In this document: piece after piece, positions 21,599 to 34,241 of the stretch
Numbering within the stretch: the first letter of the stretch is position 1
Layout of the letters: every line of letters starts with the position of its first letter
Source of the DNA: Mycobacterium sp.
GTDB taxonomy: Bacteria; Actinomycetota; Actinomycetes; RYN-182
DNA: 50,677 nt
NCBI GenBank assembly: GCA_025965515.1
Contig: JAOPWU010000223.1
Span: 1 to 50,677, forward strand
Reading direction: 5' to 3'
Translations under genes and position numbers: made by a program
Notes under the pieces: generated by a model
Told to the model about the DNA's origin: nothing
The model's database searches: none
Seen by the model: the letters and a program-made list of their open reading frames with translations, nothing else

Positions 21599-21654
21599 GA
21601 CCGGGACGCTACCGGGCGGCGGCGCACCCGGGGCGGCGTTGGCGGCCCGTGTGG

Positions 21655-23262
21655 CTACAGCTCGGCCACATCGACGGCGTGCGCCGCCGTCGCCCCGATG
21701 ACCATGCCGATCTCGTCGAGGATCGGCGCGGGGACGGCGGAGTCCACCGAGACGACCATCAGGGTGTCGCCGCCGATGCTGGTCCGCGAGACCTGCGCCG
21801 ACGCGATGTTGATCTGCGCGTCGCCGAGCATGGCGCCGATCGCGCCGACGATGCCGGGCCGGTCGACGTAGCGGAAGAAGACCAGGTGCGGCGTGATGGT
21901 GAGGTCCACGTCGAAGCCGTCCACCTCGGTCACCTTGGCGATCTGCCTGGTGCCCGCCAGCGTGCCGGCCACCTGGACGACGCGACCGTCGGCGAAGCTC
22001 GCCCGCAGCACGATCAGGTTGCGGTAGTCGGGGCTGTCGGTGGTGGTCGTGACGGTGACGTCCAGCCCCCGCTCCGCCGCGAGCGCCGGGGCGTTGACGT
22101 AGGAGACCGGCGCGTCGGCCGTCGGGGCCAGCAGGCCGCGCAGCGCGGTCAGGCCCAGGATCTTCACGTCGTAGGACGCGAGCTCCCCCAGCACCGCGAC
22201 CTCGAGCCCCGCCGGAAGGCCGCCGCAGACCCCGGCCAGCACCTGCGCGAGCTTCTCGACCAGCGGCAGCGCCGGCCGGACCTCCTCGACGACGGTGCCG
22301 CCGGCCTGCACGTTCACGGCGTCGGCGACGAACTCGCCGCGCAGCGCCAGCGCGACGCTGCGCGCCACGGCCAGCCCGGCCTTCTCCTGCGCCTCGTCGG
22401 TGCTGGCGCCCAGGTGCGGCGTCACGACGATGCGCTCGGAGGCGAACAGCGGGGAGGAGGTGGTCGGCTCCGCCGCGAAGACGTCGACGCCCGCGCCCGC
22501 GACGCGGCCCTCGAGCACGGCCTCCGCCAGCGCCGCCTCGTCGATGAGCCCGCCGCGGGCGGCGTTGACGATGCGCACGGACGGCTTGACCATCCGCAGC
22601 TGCTCGGCGCCGATGAGGCCCGCCGTCTCCGGCGTCTTCGGCAGGTGGATCGTGATGAAGTCGCTCTCGCGGAGCAGGTCCTCGAGCGGGACCAGCCGCA
22701 CCCCGAGCTGCGCCGCGCGGGCCGGCTGCACGTAGGGGTCGTAGGCGATGAGGTTCACGCCGAAGGCGGACATCCGCTGCGCCACGAGGACGCCGATGCG
22801 GCCGAGGCCCACCACGCCCAGCGTCTTGCCGGCGATCTCGACGCCCGTGTACTTCGAGCGCTTCCACTGCCCCTGGCGCAGCGCCTCGTTGGCCGGGGCC
22901 ACGTTGCGGGCGACCGCCAGCAGTAGCGCGATGGCGTGCTCGGCGGCGCTCACGATGTTCGAGGTCGGCGCGTTCACGACCATGACGCCGCGCGCCGTGG
23001 CGGCCTTGATGTCGACGTTGTCGAGGCCCACGCCCGCGCGGGCGACCACCCGCAGCTGCGGGGCGGCGGCGATGGCCTCCGCGTCGATCTTCGTGGCGCT
23101 GCGGACGATGACGGCGTCGGCGGTGGCGAGTGCCGGCAGCAGCTGCGCGCGGTCGGCGCCGTCGCAGTACCGGACTTCGAAGTCGTCGCCGAGGGCGGCG
23201 ATGCCCGCCGGGGAGAGCTCCTCGGCGATGAGGACGACCGGACGCTGGGCAGTAGTGGTCAC
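21655..23262 (-). CDS. serA: D-3-phosphoglycerate dehydrogenase (long form with ASB and ACT domains)
   Basis: 535 aa. Contains GKTLGVVGLGRIGVLVAQR, NAARGGLIDE, TPHLGAST and a C-terminal ACT-like segment. Confidence 0.95.
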   Translation of the reverse strand: MTTTAQRPVVLIAEELSPAGIAALGDDFEVRYCDGADRAQLLPALATADAVIVRSATKIDAEAIAAAPQLRVVARAGVGLDNVDIKAATARGVMVVNAPTSNIVSAAEHAIALLLAVARNVAPANEALRQGQWKRSKYTGVEIAGKTLGVVGLGRIGVLVAQRMSAFGVNLIAYDPYVQPARAAQLGVRLVPLEDLLRESDFITIHLPKTPETAGLIGAEQLRMVKPSVRIVNAARGGLIDEAALAEAVLEGRVAGAGVDVFAAEPTTSSPLFASERIVVTPHLGASTDEAQEKAGLAVARSVALALRGEFVADAVNVQAGGTVVEEVRPALPLVEKLAQVLAGVCGGLPAGLEVAVLGELASYDVKILGLTALRGLLAPTADAPVSYVNAPALAAERGLDVTVTTTTDSPDYRNLIVLRASFADGRVVQVAGTLAGTRQIAKVTEVDGFDVDLTITPHLVFFRYVDRPGIVGAIGAMLGDAQINIASAQVSRTSIGGDTLMVVSVDSAVPAPILDEIGMVIGATAAHAVDVAEL

Positions 23263-23390
23263 GCGGAGATCCCTGCTGGCTCGGTGTCCGGGGGCGTCGG
23301 CGCTCCCGGCCTGTCGGGCGCCAGCGTAACGGCAGGCCGTGCGGGCCCCGGCGCAACCGGGCCGAATCCCGGACCACCGGACGCGCGGCG

Positions 23391-23423
23391 GGCCGGCCCC
23401 CTCCGCGTGGGAGGGAGCCGGCC
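23391..23423 (-). terminator. hairpin downstream of ilvC
   Basis: GGCCGGCCCCCTCC-gcgtg-GGAGGGAGCCGGCC: 13 of 14 positions pair. It lies 57 nt after the ilvC stop. No U-tract. Confidence 0.4.
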
Positions 23424-23479
23424 CGTGATCTCCGTCACCGCGGCGGCGGGGCCGCTGCGGTGACGCCCGTACCGGTCGG

Positions 23480-24721
<1,242 letters not shown>

Positions 24722-24735
24722 TCAGGCTGTTGTGA

Positions 24736-25275
24736 TCACGCAGAGACGGCGGGGACCGCCCGGAGCCGCTGCTCCGAGCCGGAGATGGAGCGGGAGCCGC
24801 GGCCGAGCGCGACCATCCCGGACTGCACGAGCTCCTTGAGGCCGAACGGCTCGAGGACCCGCACGAGGGCGTCGAGCTTGTCCAGCGTCCCCGTGGCCTC
24901 GATCGTGACCGCGTCGAGCGCCACGTCGACCACCTTGGCGCGGAACAGCTCCACGACCTCGAGGACCTGGCTGCGGGTGGCCGCGTCGGCCCGGACCTTG
25001 ATGAGGCGGATCTGCCGCTGCACCGAGGCGTCGGACTCCAGCTCGACGATCTTCAGGACGTTGACCAGCTTGTTGAGCTGCTTGGTCACCTGCTCGAGCG
25101 GCAGGCCCTCCACCGTGACGACGATGGTCATCCGGCTGACGCCCGGCACCTCGGTGTTGCCGACGGCGAGCGACTCGATGTTGAAGCCCCGGCGGGAGAA
25201 CAGGCTGGCGACGCGGGCCAGCACGCCGGGCTTGTCCTCGACGAGGACGGACAGCGTGTGGCGGGTGGTGGTCAC
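24736..25275 (-). CDS. ilvN: acetolactate synthase small (regulatory) subunit
   Basis: HTLSVLVEDKPGVLARVASLFSRRGFNIESLAVG (ACT domain), followed by the ALS_ss_C-like tail. Confidence 0.95.
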   Translation of the reverse strand: MTTTRHTLSVLVEDKPGVLARVASLFSRRGFNIESLAVGNTEVPGVSRMTIVVTVEGLPLEQVTKQLNKLVNVLKIVELESDASVQRQIRLIKVRADAATRSQVLEVVELFRAKVVDVALDAVTIEATGTLDKLDALVRVLEPFGLKELVQSGMVALGRGSRSISGSEQRLRAVPAVSA

Positions 25276-25317
25276 GCGGACGGCTCCTTCTGCGCGCGGG
25301 CGGGCGACTGGGTCGGG

Positions 25318-27066
25318 TCACACATCGTCGGGACCCCAGGTCGGGCGCACGCCGAGCGCGGCCTGGATGTCGCTGTTGCTGGCGCCGGCCGAGACCATCG
25401 GCCACACCATGGCGTCCTCGCCCACCACGAAGTCGACGACCACGGGCGCGTCGTCGATGGCCATGGCCTTCTCGATGGTGGCGTCCACGTCCGCGGCCGT
25501 CTCGCAGCGCAGCCCGACGCACCCCATCGCCTCGGACAGCTTCACGAAGTCCGGGACCATGCGGCGGGTGCCGAGGTCGGTGTTGGAGTAGCGGCCGTTG
25601 TAGAACAGCGTCTGCCACTGCCGGACCATGCCGAGGTTGCCGTTGTTGATGATGGCGACCTTGATCGGGATGCCCTCGAGGGCGCAGGTGGTGAGCTCCT
25701 GGTTGGTCATCTGGAAGCAGCCGTCGCCGTCGATGGCCCAGACCGTGGCGTCAGGACGGCCGACCTTGGCGCCCATGGCGGCCGGCACGGCGTACCCCAT
25801 GGTCCCCAGGCCGCCGGAGTTGAGCCACGTGTAGGGCTTCTCGTAGCCGATGAACTGGCTGGCCCACATCTGGTGCTGCCCCACGCCCGCGACGTACAGC
25901 GTGTCCGGGCCGGCGATCTTGCCGAGCCGCTCGATCACGTACTGCGGCGCCAGCGTGCCGTCGTCGTGGTCCTCGTACCCCAGCGGGTACGCGGTGCGCC
26001 ACTCGTCGAGCCGCCGCCACCAGGCGGTCAGGTCGGCCTGCCGGCCCGCCGCGTGCTCCTGCTGCACGGCCACCACCAGGTCGGCCAGCGTCTCCCGGAC
26101 GTCGCCCACGATCGGCACGTCGGCGACGCGGTTCTTGCCGATCTCCGCCGGGTCGATGTCGGCGTGCACCACGGCGGCGTTCGGCGCGAAGCTCGCCAGG
26201 TCGCCGGTCACGCGGTCGTCGAACCGCGCGCCCAGCGCGACGATGAGGTCGGACTTCTGCAGCGCGGCCACCGCGGCGACCGTGCCGTGCATGCCCGGCA
26301 TGCCCAGGTGCTGCGGGTGGCTGTCGGGGAAGGCGCCCCGGGCCATCAGCGTGGTGACGACCGGCGCGCCGGTCAGCTCGGCCAGCACCCGCAGCTCGGC
26401 CGCGGCGCGCGCCTTCAGCACGCCGCCACCGACGTAGAGCACGGGCCGGCGGGCCGAGGCGACGAGCCGGGCCGCCTCGCGGACCTGCTTGCCGTGCGGC
26501 CGCGTCACGGGGTGGTAGCCCGGCAGGTCGATCTGCCCGGTCCAGGTGTACGGCCCGCTGCCCTGCAGGATGTCCTTGGGGATGTCGACGAGGACCGGCC
26601 CGGGGCGGCCCGTCGAGGCCAGGTGGAACGCCTCGGCGATGGTGCGCGGCAGGTCGGCGAGGTCCTGCACCAGGAAGTTGTGCTTGGTGATCGGCATCGT
26701 GATGCCGCAGATGTCCGCCTCCTGGAAGGCGTCCGTCCCGATGGACGAGCGGGGCACCTGCCCGGTGATCGCCACGATCGGCACGCTGTCCATGTAGGCG
26801 TCGGCGATGGGCGTCACCAGGTTGGTCGCCCCGGGGCCGGACGTGGCCATGCAGACGCCGACCCGGCCGGTCGCCTGCGCGTACCCGGTGGCCGCGTGAC
26901 CGGCGCCCTGCTCGTGCCGCACGAGGATGTGGCGGACCCGCTCGGAGTCGAACAGCGGGTCGTACGCCGGGAGGATCGCTCCGCCCGGGATGCCGAAGAC
27001 GACGTCCACGCCGACGTTCTCGAGGCTGCGCACGAGAGCCTGCGCTCCGGTGATGACGTCGCTCAT
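25318..27066 (-). CDS. ilvB: acetolactate synthase large subunit
   Basis: Starts at ATG 27066: [36 protein letters not shown]...GPGATNLVT...[17 protein letters not shown] (ThDP motif region). Confidence 0.95.
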   Translation of the reverse strand: MSDVITGAQALVRSLENVGVDVVFGIPGGAILPAYDPLFDSERVRHILVRHEQGAGHAATGYAQATGRVGVCMATSGPGATNLVTPIADAYMDSVPIVAITGQVPRSSIGTDAFQEADICGITMPITKHNFLVQDLADLPRTIAEAFHLASTGRPGPVLVDIPKDILQGSGPYTWTGQIDLPGYHPVTRPHGKQVREAARLVASARRPVLYVGGGVLKARAAAELRVLAELTGAPVVTTLMARGAFPDSHPQHLGMPGMHGTVAAVAALQKSDLIVALGARFDDRVTGDLASFAPNAAVVHADIDPAEIGKNRVADVPIVGDVRETLADLVVAVQQEHAAGRQADLTAWWRRLDEWRTAYPLGYEDHDDGTLAPQYVIERLGKIAGPDTLYVAGVGQHQMWASQFIGYEKPYTWLNSGGLGTMGYAVPAAMGAKVGRPDATVWAIDGDGCFQMTNQELTTCALEGIPIKVAIINNGNLGMVRQWQTLFYNGRYSNTDLGTRRMVPDFVKLSEAMGCVGLRCETAADVDATIEKAMAIDDAPVVVDFVVGEDAMVWPMVSAGASNSDIQAALGVRPTWGPDDV

Positions 27067-27130
27067 GGGGTTTCCTCGAGGGTCTGGCGGCGGTGCGGAG
27101 GTGCCGCGGGGGCGGTCGGAGGTACGGGCA

Positions 27131-27166
27131 ACAAAAAACCCTCTGCGCCACCGAGGCGTCAGAGGG
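27131..27166 (-). terminator. intrinsic terminator (attenuator) in the ilvB leader
   Basis: On the minus strand, CCCTCTG-A-CGCC tcggt GGCG-CAGAGGG (11 bp, one bulged A) is followed directly by TTTTTTGTT. It lies about 65 nt upstream of the ilvB ATG. Confidence 0.65.
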
Positions 27167-27190
27167 GTGCGCGCAGAGGTGCCGCGGGCG

Positions 27191-27232
27191 TCAGCCTGCG
27201 CGCAGTCCCCGTACGAAAAGTCGGTCGAGCAT
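27191..27232 (-). CDS. candidate ilvB leader peptide [13 protein letters not shown]
   Basis: A 13-codon ORF ending 24 nt before the attenuator hairpin. The ATG lies 7 nt after a -10-like CAGGCT. Branched-chain and hydrophobic codons are scattered, not in a run. Confidence 0.4.
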   Translation of the reverse strand: MLDRLFVRGLRAG

Positions 27233-27239
27233 GTGGACA

Positions 27240-27268
27240 AGCCTGCCCGACGGCCCGCGGTTCGTCAA
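27240..27268 (-). promoter_or_regulatory. candidate ilvBNC promoter TTGACG-17 nt-CAGGCT
   Basis: The -35 TTGACG is at 27263-27268 and the -10 CAGGCT at 27240-27245, with a 17-nt spacer. The ATG of the leader ORF is 7 nt downstream, which implies a leaderless transcript. Confidence 0.35.
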
Positions 27269-27289
27269 ACCGGGGGCCGTCGGGGCGCG

Positions 27290-29011
27290 TCACCCGGCCA
27301 GGTTCGTGAGGAAACGGGCAGCGGCCGGGGCGGCCGTGGCCGCGCCGAACCCGCCGTCCTCGACGAACACGCAGAACGCGGTGGCGCCCTGGAAGCCGAT
27401 GAACCAGGCGTGCGTGCGGGGCGGGTTCGCCGTGCCGTACTCCGCCGTGCCGGTCTTGCCCTGCACCGGGCCGCCGGGCACGTTGTTCGCCGCCGTGCCC
27501 GTCCCGTCGGTGACGACCGAGCGCATGAGCGACGCGACGGTGGGCGCCACCCCCGCCGGCAGCGGGTGGCTGACGAGCCCCGTCGGCGCCGGCGCGGTGA
27601 CGACGGATGGCTGCCGCCAGGTGCCGCTCGCGACCGCGGCCGCGACGGACGCCATCTGCAGCGGCGAGGCCTGCACCTTCGCCTGCCCGATCGCCGCGGC
27701 GGCCGCCTCGACAGGGCCGGTCGTGGCCGGGTACGAGCCGCCCTTGCTGGCGATGGGCAGCGGGTCGGTCTTCAGGTTGAAGCCGAAGAGCTCCGCGGCC
27801 TGCTGCACGGCGCCGGCCGGCAGCGACTGCTCGAGGTTGATGAAGGCGGTGTTGCACGACCGCGCGTAGGCGTCGCGCAGCGAGATCGTCCCGAACGCCT
27901 CCGCCTCCGCGTTGGCGAACGACCGGCCGTCCACCGTCACGGTCGGCGTGCAGTTCAGCGGCGTCTCCGGCGTCTTCCCGGCCAGCAGCGCGGCGGTCAG
28001 GGTGATCGTCTTGAAGGTCGACCCCGGCGGGTAGTAGCTGTTGGCCGCCCGGCCGACCCCGGCGGGGGGCGCGTTGACCAGCGCCTTCACCTGGCCGGTG
28101 TTCGTGTCGATCGCGACCAGGGCGCTGTTCTTGCCGAGGTTCGCGAGCGCCGCCTCGCCCGCCTGCTGCGTCCGCAGGTCCAGCGAGAGCGTCACGTTGG
28201 TGCCGTTGGTGGGCGTGTACGTCGACAGGACCTGCACGCGCTTGCCGGTCTTGGCGTCCTGGACCTCGATGTCGCCGCCCGGCTGCCCGGCGAGCGTGTC
28301 GTTGTAGGCCCGCTCCAGACCGTTCTGGCCCGCGACGTCCCCGGCGAGGAAGCGGGAGCCCGCGGCGGTCGCCTGCGCGGCCGCCAGCGGCCCGACCGAG
28401 CCGACCAGGTTCGCCGACAGGTCGGCGTCGTTGCCGCGGACGGGACGGCCGTCGGCGAGCAGCACCTGGCCGCGGGTGCCGAGCGTGCGCACGCGGGCCA
28501 GCTGCTGGCCGGCGTGCAGCGCCGGGTGCAGCACCTCGGGCGCCCAGGCGACGAGGTAGCGGGACCCCTGCCGCACCAGGGCGGCCGAGCCGTCGTACTG
28601 CCAGGGCCCCGTCTCCTGCTGCCCCGCCGCGGCCCCGACGCCGGGGGTCGTGGTGAGCCCGGCGACCGTGACGGCCGCGTGGTAGCTGAACGACGGGTGC
28701 GACCCAGCGCGCAGCCCCGTGAGGGTGTACGCGGCCGCGGTCACGCCGAGCCGGGTGCGGGTGCCGGCGAGCGTGGCCGCCAGGTCCGCGGGCGGAGCGG
28801 CGACGGCCGCGACCTGCGCCGGGTCGTCGCCGCGGGACCAGGCCTGCAGGAAGGCGCTGGCGGCCTGCCGCTCGGCCCTCACCGCGGCGGCGTGCTGCCG
28901 CTGCTGGTGGATGACGAAGCCGCCCGCGCCGGCGCCGGCGACCACGACGACGAGGGCGGTGCCCCCCGCCACCCACTTCGCCCGCGACCGCTTGCGTCGC
29001 CGGCCCTGCAT
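27290..29011 (-). CDS. penicillin-binding protein (class B-type transpeptidase with an NTF2-like/MecA_N N-domain)
   Basis: Starts at ATG 29011: MQGRRRKRSRAKW plus TM GGTALVVVVAGAGAGGFVI, then AFLQAWSRGDD. It has SxxK = STFK, SxN = SCN and KTG = KTGTAE. Confidence 0.85.
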   Translation of the reverse strand: MQGRRRKRSRAKWVAGGTALVVVVAGAGAGGFVIHQQRQHAAAVRAERQAASAFLQAWSRGDDPAQVAAVAAPPADLAATLAGTRTRLGVTAAAYTLTGLRAGSHPSFSYHAAVTVAGLTTTPGVGAAAGQQETGPWQYDGSAALVRQGSRYLVAWAPEVLHPALHAGQQLARVRTLGTRGQVLLADGRPVRGNDADLSANLVGSVGPLAAAQATAAGSRFLAGDVAGQNGLERAYNDTLAGQPGGDIEVQDAKTGKRVQVLSTYTPTNGTNVTLSLDLRTQQAGEAALANLGKNSALVAIDTNTGQVKALVNAPPAGVGRAANSYYPPGSTFKTITLTAALLAGKTPETPLNCTPTVTVDGRSFANAEAEAFGTISLRDAYARSCNTAFINLEQSLPAGAVQQAAELFGFNLKTDPLPIASKGGSYPATTGPVEAAAAAIGQAKVQASPLQMASVAAAVASGTWRQPSVVTAPAPTGLVSHPLPAGVAPTVASLMRSVVTDGTGTAANNVPGGPVQGKTGTAEYGTANPPRTHAWFIGFQGATAFCVFVEDGGFGAATAAPAAARFLTNLAG

Positions 29012-29075
29012 GAGCACAGGCCAGTTCACACGACTCCCCCGTCGTCCTCGGTCAACCCGGTCCCCCCGCGGCAGG

Positions 29076-30755
<1,680 letters not shown>

Positions 30756-30767
30756 GCCCCGAATCTA

Positions 30768-30799
30768 CCCGTCCCGGCCTGGGATCCGGCCGCGACGGG
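30768..30799. terminator. hairpin filling the gatB-ilvD intergenic gap
   Basis: CCCGTCCCGGCC-tgggatcc-GGCCGCGACGGG: 11 bp with one C:C mismatch. Because it occupies most of the 45-bp gap, ilvD expression probably needs read-through or a promoter inside gatB. Confidence 0.3.
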
Positions 30800-30800
30800 C

Positions 30801-32327
30801 TCACGCCTGTCCGAGCCGTTCCAGCAGCAGCTGCCGGACCGCCCGCGCGTCGGCCTTCTTCTGGGTCGCCTTCATGACATGGCCCAGCAGCGGGCCCAGC
30901 GCCTTGGTGTCACCGCCGCGGACCTTGTCGGCCGCGCCGGGCTCGGCGGCGAGCGCCGCGTCGACCGCCGCGGCGATGGCCGCGTCGTCCTGCACGACAG
31001 CCAGGCTGCGCGCGGCGACCACCTGGTCGACGGTCCCCTCCCCCGCGACGACGTAGCCGACGGCCTCGCGGGCGAGCGCGGCCGTGAGCGTCCCGCGGCC
31101 CACCAGCTCGACCACCTGCGCCACCTCCGCGGGGGAGATGCCGAGGTCGCCGGGCGCCAGGCCCGCCTCGTTCGCCCGCGCGGCAAGGTCGTTCATCCAC
31201 CAGCTGCGGGCGGCGTCCGGCGACGCGCCGGCCGCCACCGTCTCCTGCACGAGCTCCAGGACGCCTGCCCCGCGCATCTGCTCCAGGTCGAGCGACGTGT
31301 AGCCGTACTCCTCGGTCATGCGGCGGCGGCGTTCCGCGGGCAGCTCGGGCAGCCCGGCCCGCAGCTCCTCGACCCACTCCGCGGTCGGCGCCAGGGGCAC
31401 CAGGTCGGGCTCGGGGAAGTACCGGTAGTCGGTCGCCTCCTCCTTGCTGCGGCCCGGCTTGGTCGTGCCGTCGCCCTCCTGGAAGTGCCGCGTCTCCTGG
31501 CGGATCCTGCCGCCCGCCTCGAGGATCGCGGCCTGCCGCTGCACCTCGTGGCGCACCGCCCGCTCGACGGACCGCAGCGAGTTCACGTTCTTGGTCTCGG
31601 TGCGGGTGCCGTAGGGCTGGCCGGGGCGGCGCAGGGAGAGGTTGGCGTCGCAACGCAGCGAGCCCTGCTCCATGCGCACGTCGGAGACACCCAGCGAGAG
31701 CAGCAGCTCCCGCAGCTCCGTCACGTAGGCGCGGGCCACCTCGGGGGCGTACCGGCCGGCCTCGACCGGCCGCGTCACGATCTCCACCAGCGGGATGCCC
31801 GCGCGGTTGTAGTCGACCAGCGAGTGGGTGGCGCCGTGGATGCGGCCCGTCGCGCCGCCGACGTGCAGGGTCTTGCCGGTGTCCTCCTCGAGGTGCACCC
31901 GCTCGATCGCGACGCGGACGCTCTGCGGCCCCTCGGGGGTGGCCACCTCGACGTCCAGGTAGCCGTCGACGCACAGGGGCTCGTCGTACTGGCTGATCTG
32001 GTAGTCCTTGGGCATGTCCGGATAGAAGTAGTTCTTCCGGGCGAATCGGCTGTACGGCGCAATGCTGCAGTGCAGCGCCAGGCCGATCATCGCGGCGAAC
32101 CGCACGGCCGCCTCGTTCACGACCGGCAGCGACCCGGGCAGGCCGAGGCACACGGGGCACACCTGCGTGTTCGGCTCGGCCCCGAACGCGGTCGGGCAGC
32201 CGCAGAACATCTTCGACTGGGTGCCCAGCTCGACGTGCGTCTCGAGGCCGATGACGGGCTCGTACCGGGAGACCGCGTCGTCGTACGACAGCAGGGTGCC
32301 CTCCGGGGTCGGCGGCGCGACGGTCAT
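30801..32327 (-). CDS. gatB: Asp-tRNA(Asn)/Glu-tRNA(Gln) amidotransferase subunit B
   Basis: Starts at ATG 32327, in an ATGA overlap with the gatA stop. [23 protein letters not shown]...[14 protein letters not shown]...RCDANLSLR. Confidence 0.95.
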   Translation of the reverse strand: MTVAPPTPEGTLLSYDDAVSRYEPVIGLETHVELGTQSKMFCGCPTAFGAEPNTQVCPVCLGLPGSLPVVNEAAVRFAAMIGLALHCSIAPYSRFARKNYFYPDMPKDYQISQYDEPLCVDGYLDVEVATPEGPQSVRVAIERVHLEEDTGKTLHVGGATGRIHGATHSLVDYNRAGIPLVEIVTRPVEAGRYAPEVARAYVTELRELLLSLGVSDVRMEQGSLRCDANLSLRRPGQPYGTRTETKNVNSLRSVERAVRHEVQRQAAILEAGGRIRQETRHFQEGDGTTKPGRSKEEATDYRYFPEPDLVPLAPTAEWVEELRAGLPELPAERRRRMTEEYGYTSLDLEQMRGAGVLELVQETVAAGASPDAARSWWMNDLAARANEAGLAPGDLGISPAEVAQVVELVGRGTLTAALAREAVGYVVAGEGTVDQVVAARSLAVVQDDAAIAAAVDAALAAEPGAADKVRGGDTKALGPLLGHVMKATQKKADARAVRQLLLERLGQA

Positions 32328-33841
32328 GAGCGGGCCTCCAGGGTCAGTGCGGGTGCCTCGTCGAGCAGCGGGTGGCCGCGGCGGGTGTCGAGCTCGCTCT
32401 CCAGCGCGCCGGCCAGCCGGTAGAGCCGGGCGTCCTCGAGCGCCGGCGCCATGACCTGCAGCCCCACCGGCAGGCCGTCGTCGGGGCTGAGCCCGACCGG
32501 CAGCGACAGCGCGGGGCCGCCCGCCAGGTTGGACGGGATGGTGCACAGGTCGGCGAGGTACATCGCCACCGGGTCGTCCACGCGCTCCCCCAGCCGGAAG
32601 GCCGTGGTCGGCGTCGTCGGGCTGACCAGCACGTCGCACTGCTCGTACGCGGCGGTGAAGTCGTTGGTGATGAGGGTGCGGACCTTCTGCGCCTGGCCGT
32701 AGTAGGCGTCGTAGTACCCGCTCGACAGCGCGTAGGTACCGAGCATGATCCGGCGCTTCACCTCGGGCCCGAAGCCCGCGGCGCGGGTCAGCGCCATGAC
32801 CTCCTCGGCGGACCGCTCGCCGTCGTCGCCGACGCGCAGCCCGAACCGCATGGCGTCGAACCGCGCCAGGTTGCTCGACGCCTCGCTGGGGGCGATCAGG
32901 TAGTACGCCGCCAACGCCAGCTCGAAGTGCGGGCAGGTGACCTCGACGACCTCGGCGCCGAGCGCCTCCAGCACCGCGACGGCCTCGCGGAACCGCTGCT
33001 CCACGCCCGGCTGGTACCCCTCCCCCGACAGCTCGCGGACGATGCCGACCCGCATGCCGGTGATGTCGCGGCCCACCTGGGTGACCAGCGACGGCACGGG
33101 CTCGTCGAGCGACGTGGAGTCGTGCGGGTCGTGCCCGGCCATCGCCTCGTGCAGCAGCGCCGCGTCCCGCACGGTGCGGGCGAACGGGCCGGCCTGGTCG
33201 AGGCTGGACGAGAAGGCCACCAGGCCGTACCGGCTGACGGCGCCGTACGTCGGCTTGACACCGACCAGGCCGCAGACGGCGGCGGGCTGGCGGATGGACC
33301 CGCCGGTGTCGGTGCCGACGGCGAGCGGCGCCTCGAACGCCGCCACGGCCGCGGCGGAACCGCCGGAGCTGCCACCGGGGATGCGCTCGCGGTCCCACGG
33401 GTTGCTGGTCGGGCCGTACGCGCTGTTCTCCGTCGACGAGCCCATGGCGAACTCGTCCATGTTCGTCTTACCGAGGAGCACCACGCCCGCGTCCTTGAGC
33501 CGCCGCACGACGGTGGCGTCGTACGGGGGCCGCCAGCCCTCCAGGATCCGCGAGCCGCAGGTGGTGGGGACCCCCTGCTGCGTCAGCACGTCCTTGAGCG
33601 CCAGCGGCACGCCCGCGAGGGGACCCAGCGGCTCGCCCGCCGCGCGGCGCTCGTCGACCGTCGCGGCCGCGGCGAGCGCGCCGTCGGTGTCCACGTGCAG
33701 GAAGGCGTGGACGTCGGGCTCGACGGCCGCGATCCGCTCCAGGTGCGCGCGGGTCACCTCGACGGCGGAGACGTCGCCCGCCGCCATGGCGCCGGCGAGC
33801 TGGGTGGCGGTGAGCCGGGTGAGGCTCTCGGAATCGGCCAT
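32324..33841 (-). CDS. gatA: Asp-tRNA(Asn)/Glu-tRNA(Gln) amidotransferase subunit A
   Basis: Amidase signature [13 protein letters not shown], plus [16 protein letters not shown] and [13 protein letters not shown]. Confidence 0.95.
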   Translation of the reverse strand: MADSESLTRLTATQLAGAMAAGDVSAVEVTRAHLERIAAVEPDVHAFLHVDTDGALAAAATVDERRAAGEPLGPLAGVPLALKDVLTQQGVPTTCGSRILEGWRPPYDATVVRRLKDAGVVLLGKTNMDEFAMGSSTENSAYGPTSNPWDRERIPGGSSGGSAAAVAAFEAPLAVGTDTGGSIRQPAAVCGLVGVKPTYGAVSRYGLVAFSSSLDQAGPFARTVRDAALLHEAMAGHDPHDSTSLDEPVPSLVTQVGRDITGMRVGIVRELSGEGYQPGVEQRFREAVAVLEALGAEVVEVTCPHFELALAAYYLIAPSEASSNLARFDAMRFGLRVGDDGERSAEEVMALTRAAGFGPEVKRRIMLGTYALSSGYYDAYYGQAQKVRTLITNDFTAAYEQCDVLVSPTTPTTAFRLGERVDDPVAMYLADLCTIPSNLAGGPALSLPVGLSPDDGLPVGLQVMAPALEDARLYRLAGALESELDTRRGHPLLDEAPALTLEARS

Positions 33842-34137
33842 CAGACGTCCTCGTCCAGGATGCGGGGGACACGGAAGCGGCCGTCCTCGGCCACGGGGGC
33901 GCCGGCGAGCGCCTGCTCGGCGGTCAGGCCGGGGCGGGTGACGTCCGGCCGGAACACGTTCACGAGCGGCAGCGGGTGGCTGGTGGGGGGCACGTCCTCC
34001 CCCGCGGCCTCGGACACGCGGGCGACGGCGGACAGGATGGCGTCGAGCTGGCCCGCGAGGTGGTCGAGCTCGGCGTCGCCGAGCGCCAGCCGGGAGAGCC
34101 GGGCGAGGTGGGCTACCTCGTCGCGGGAGATGGTCAT
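33841..34137 (-). CDS. gatC: Asp-tRNA(Asn)/Glu-tRNA(Gln) amidotransferase subunit C
   Basis: Starts at ATG 34137: [38 protein letters not shown]. There is a 1-nt TGATG overlap with the gatA start. Confidence 0.9.
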   Translation of the reverse strand: MTISRDEVAHLARLSRLALGDAELDHLAGQLDAILSAVARVSEAAGEDVPPTSHPLPLVNVFRPDVTRPGLTAEQALAGAPVAEDGRFRVPRILDEDV

Positions 34138-34241
34138 AGCCCCAACTCTATCGGCGGCCGGCGGGCCGCTCCGGCCGGCTGCGGGGGCGCCCCGACCCCC
34201 GGGCAACACCGGTGCAACAGCCGCACGAGACACTGATCGCC

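Noticed and set aside
20753-23377. 874-aa minus-strand ORF spanning the hydrolase and all of serA
   Set aside because: Only the C-terminal 281 aa (alpha/beta hydrolase) look like protein. The upstream part is an alternative frame of serA, which has its own clean 535-aa ORF ending at 21655.
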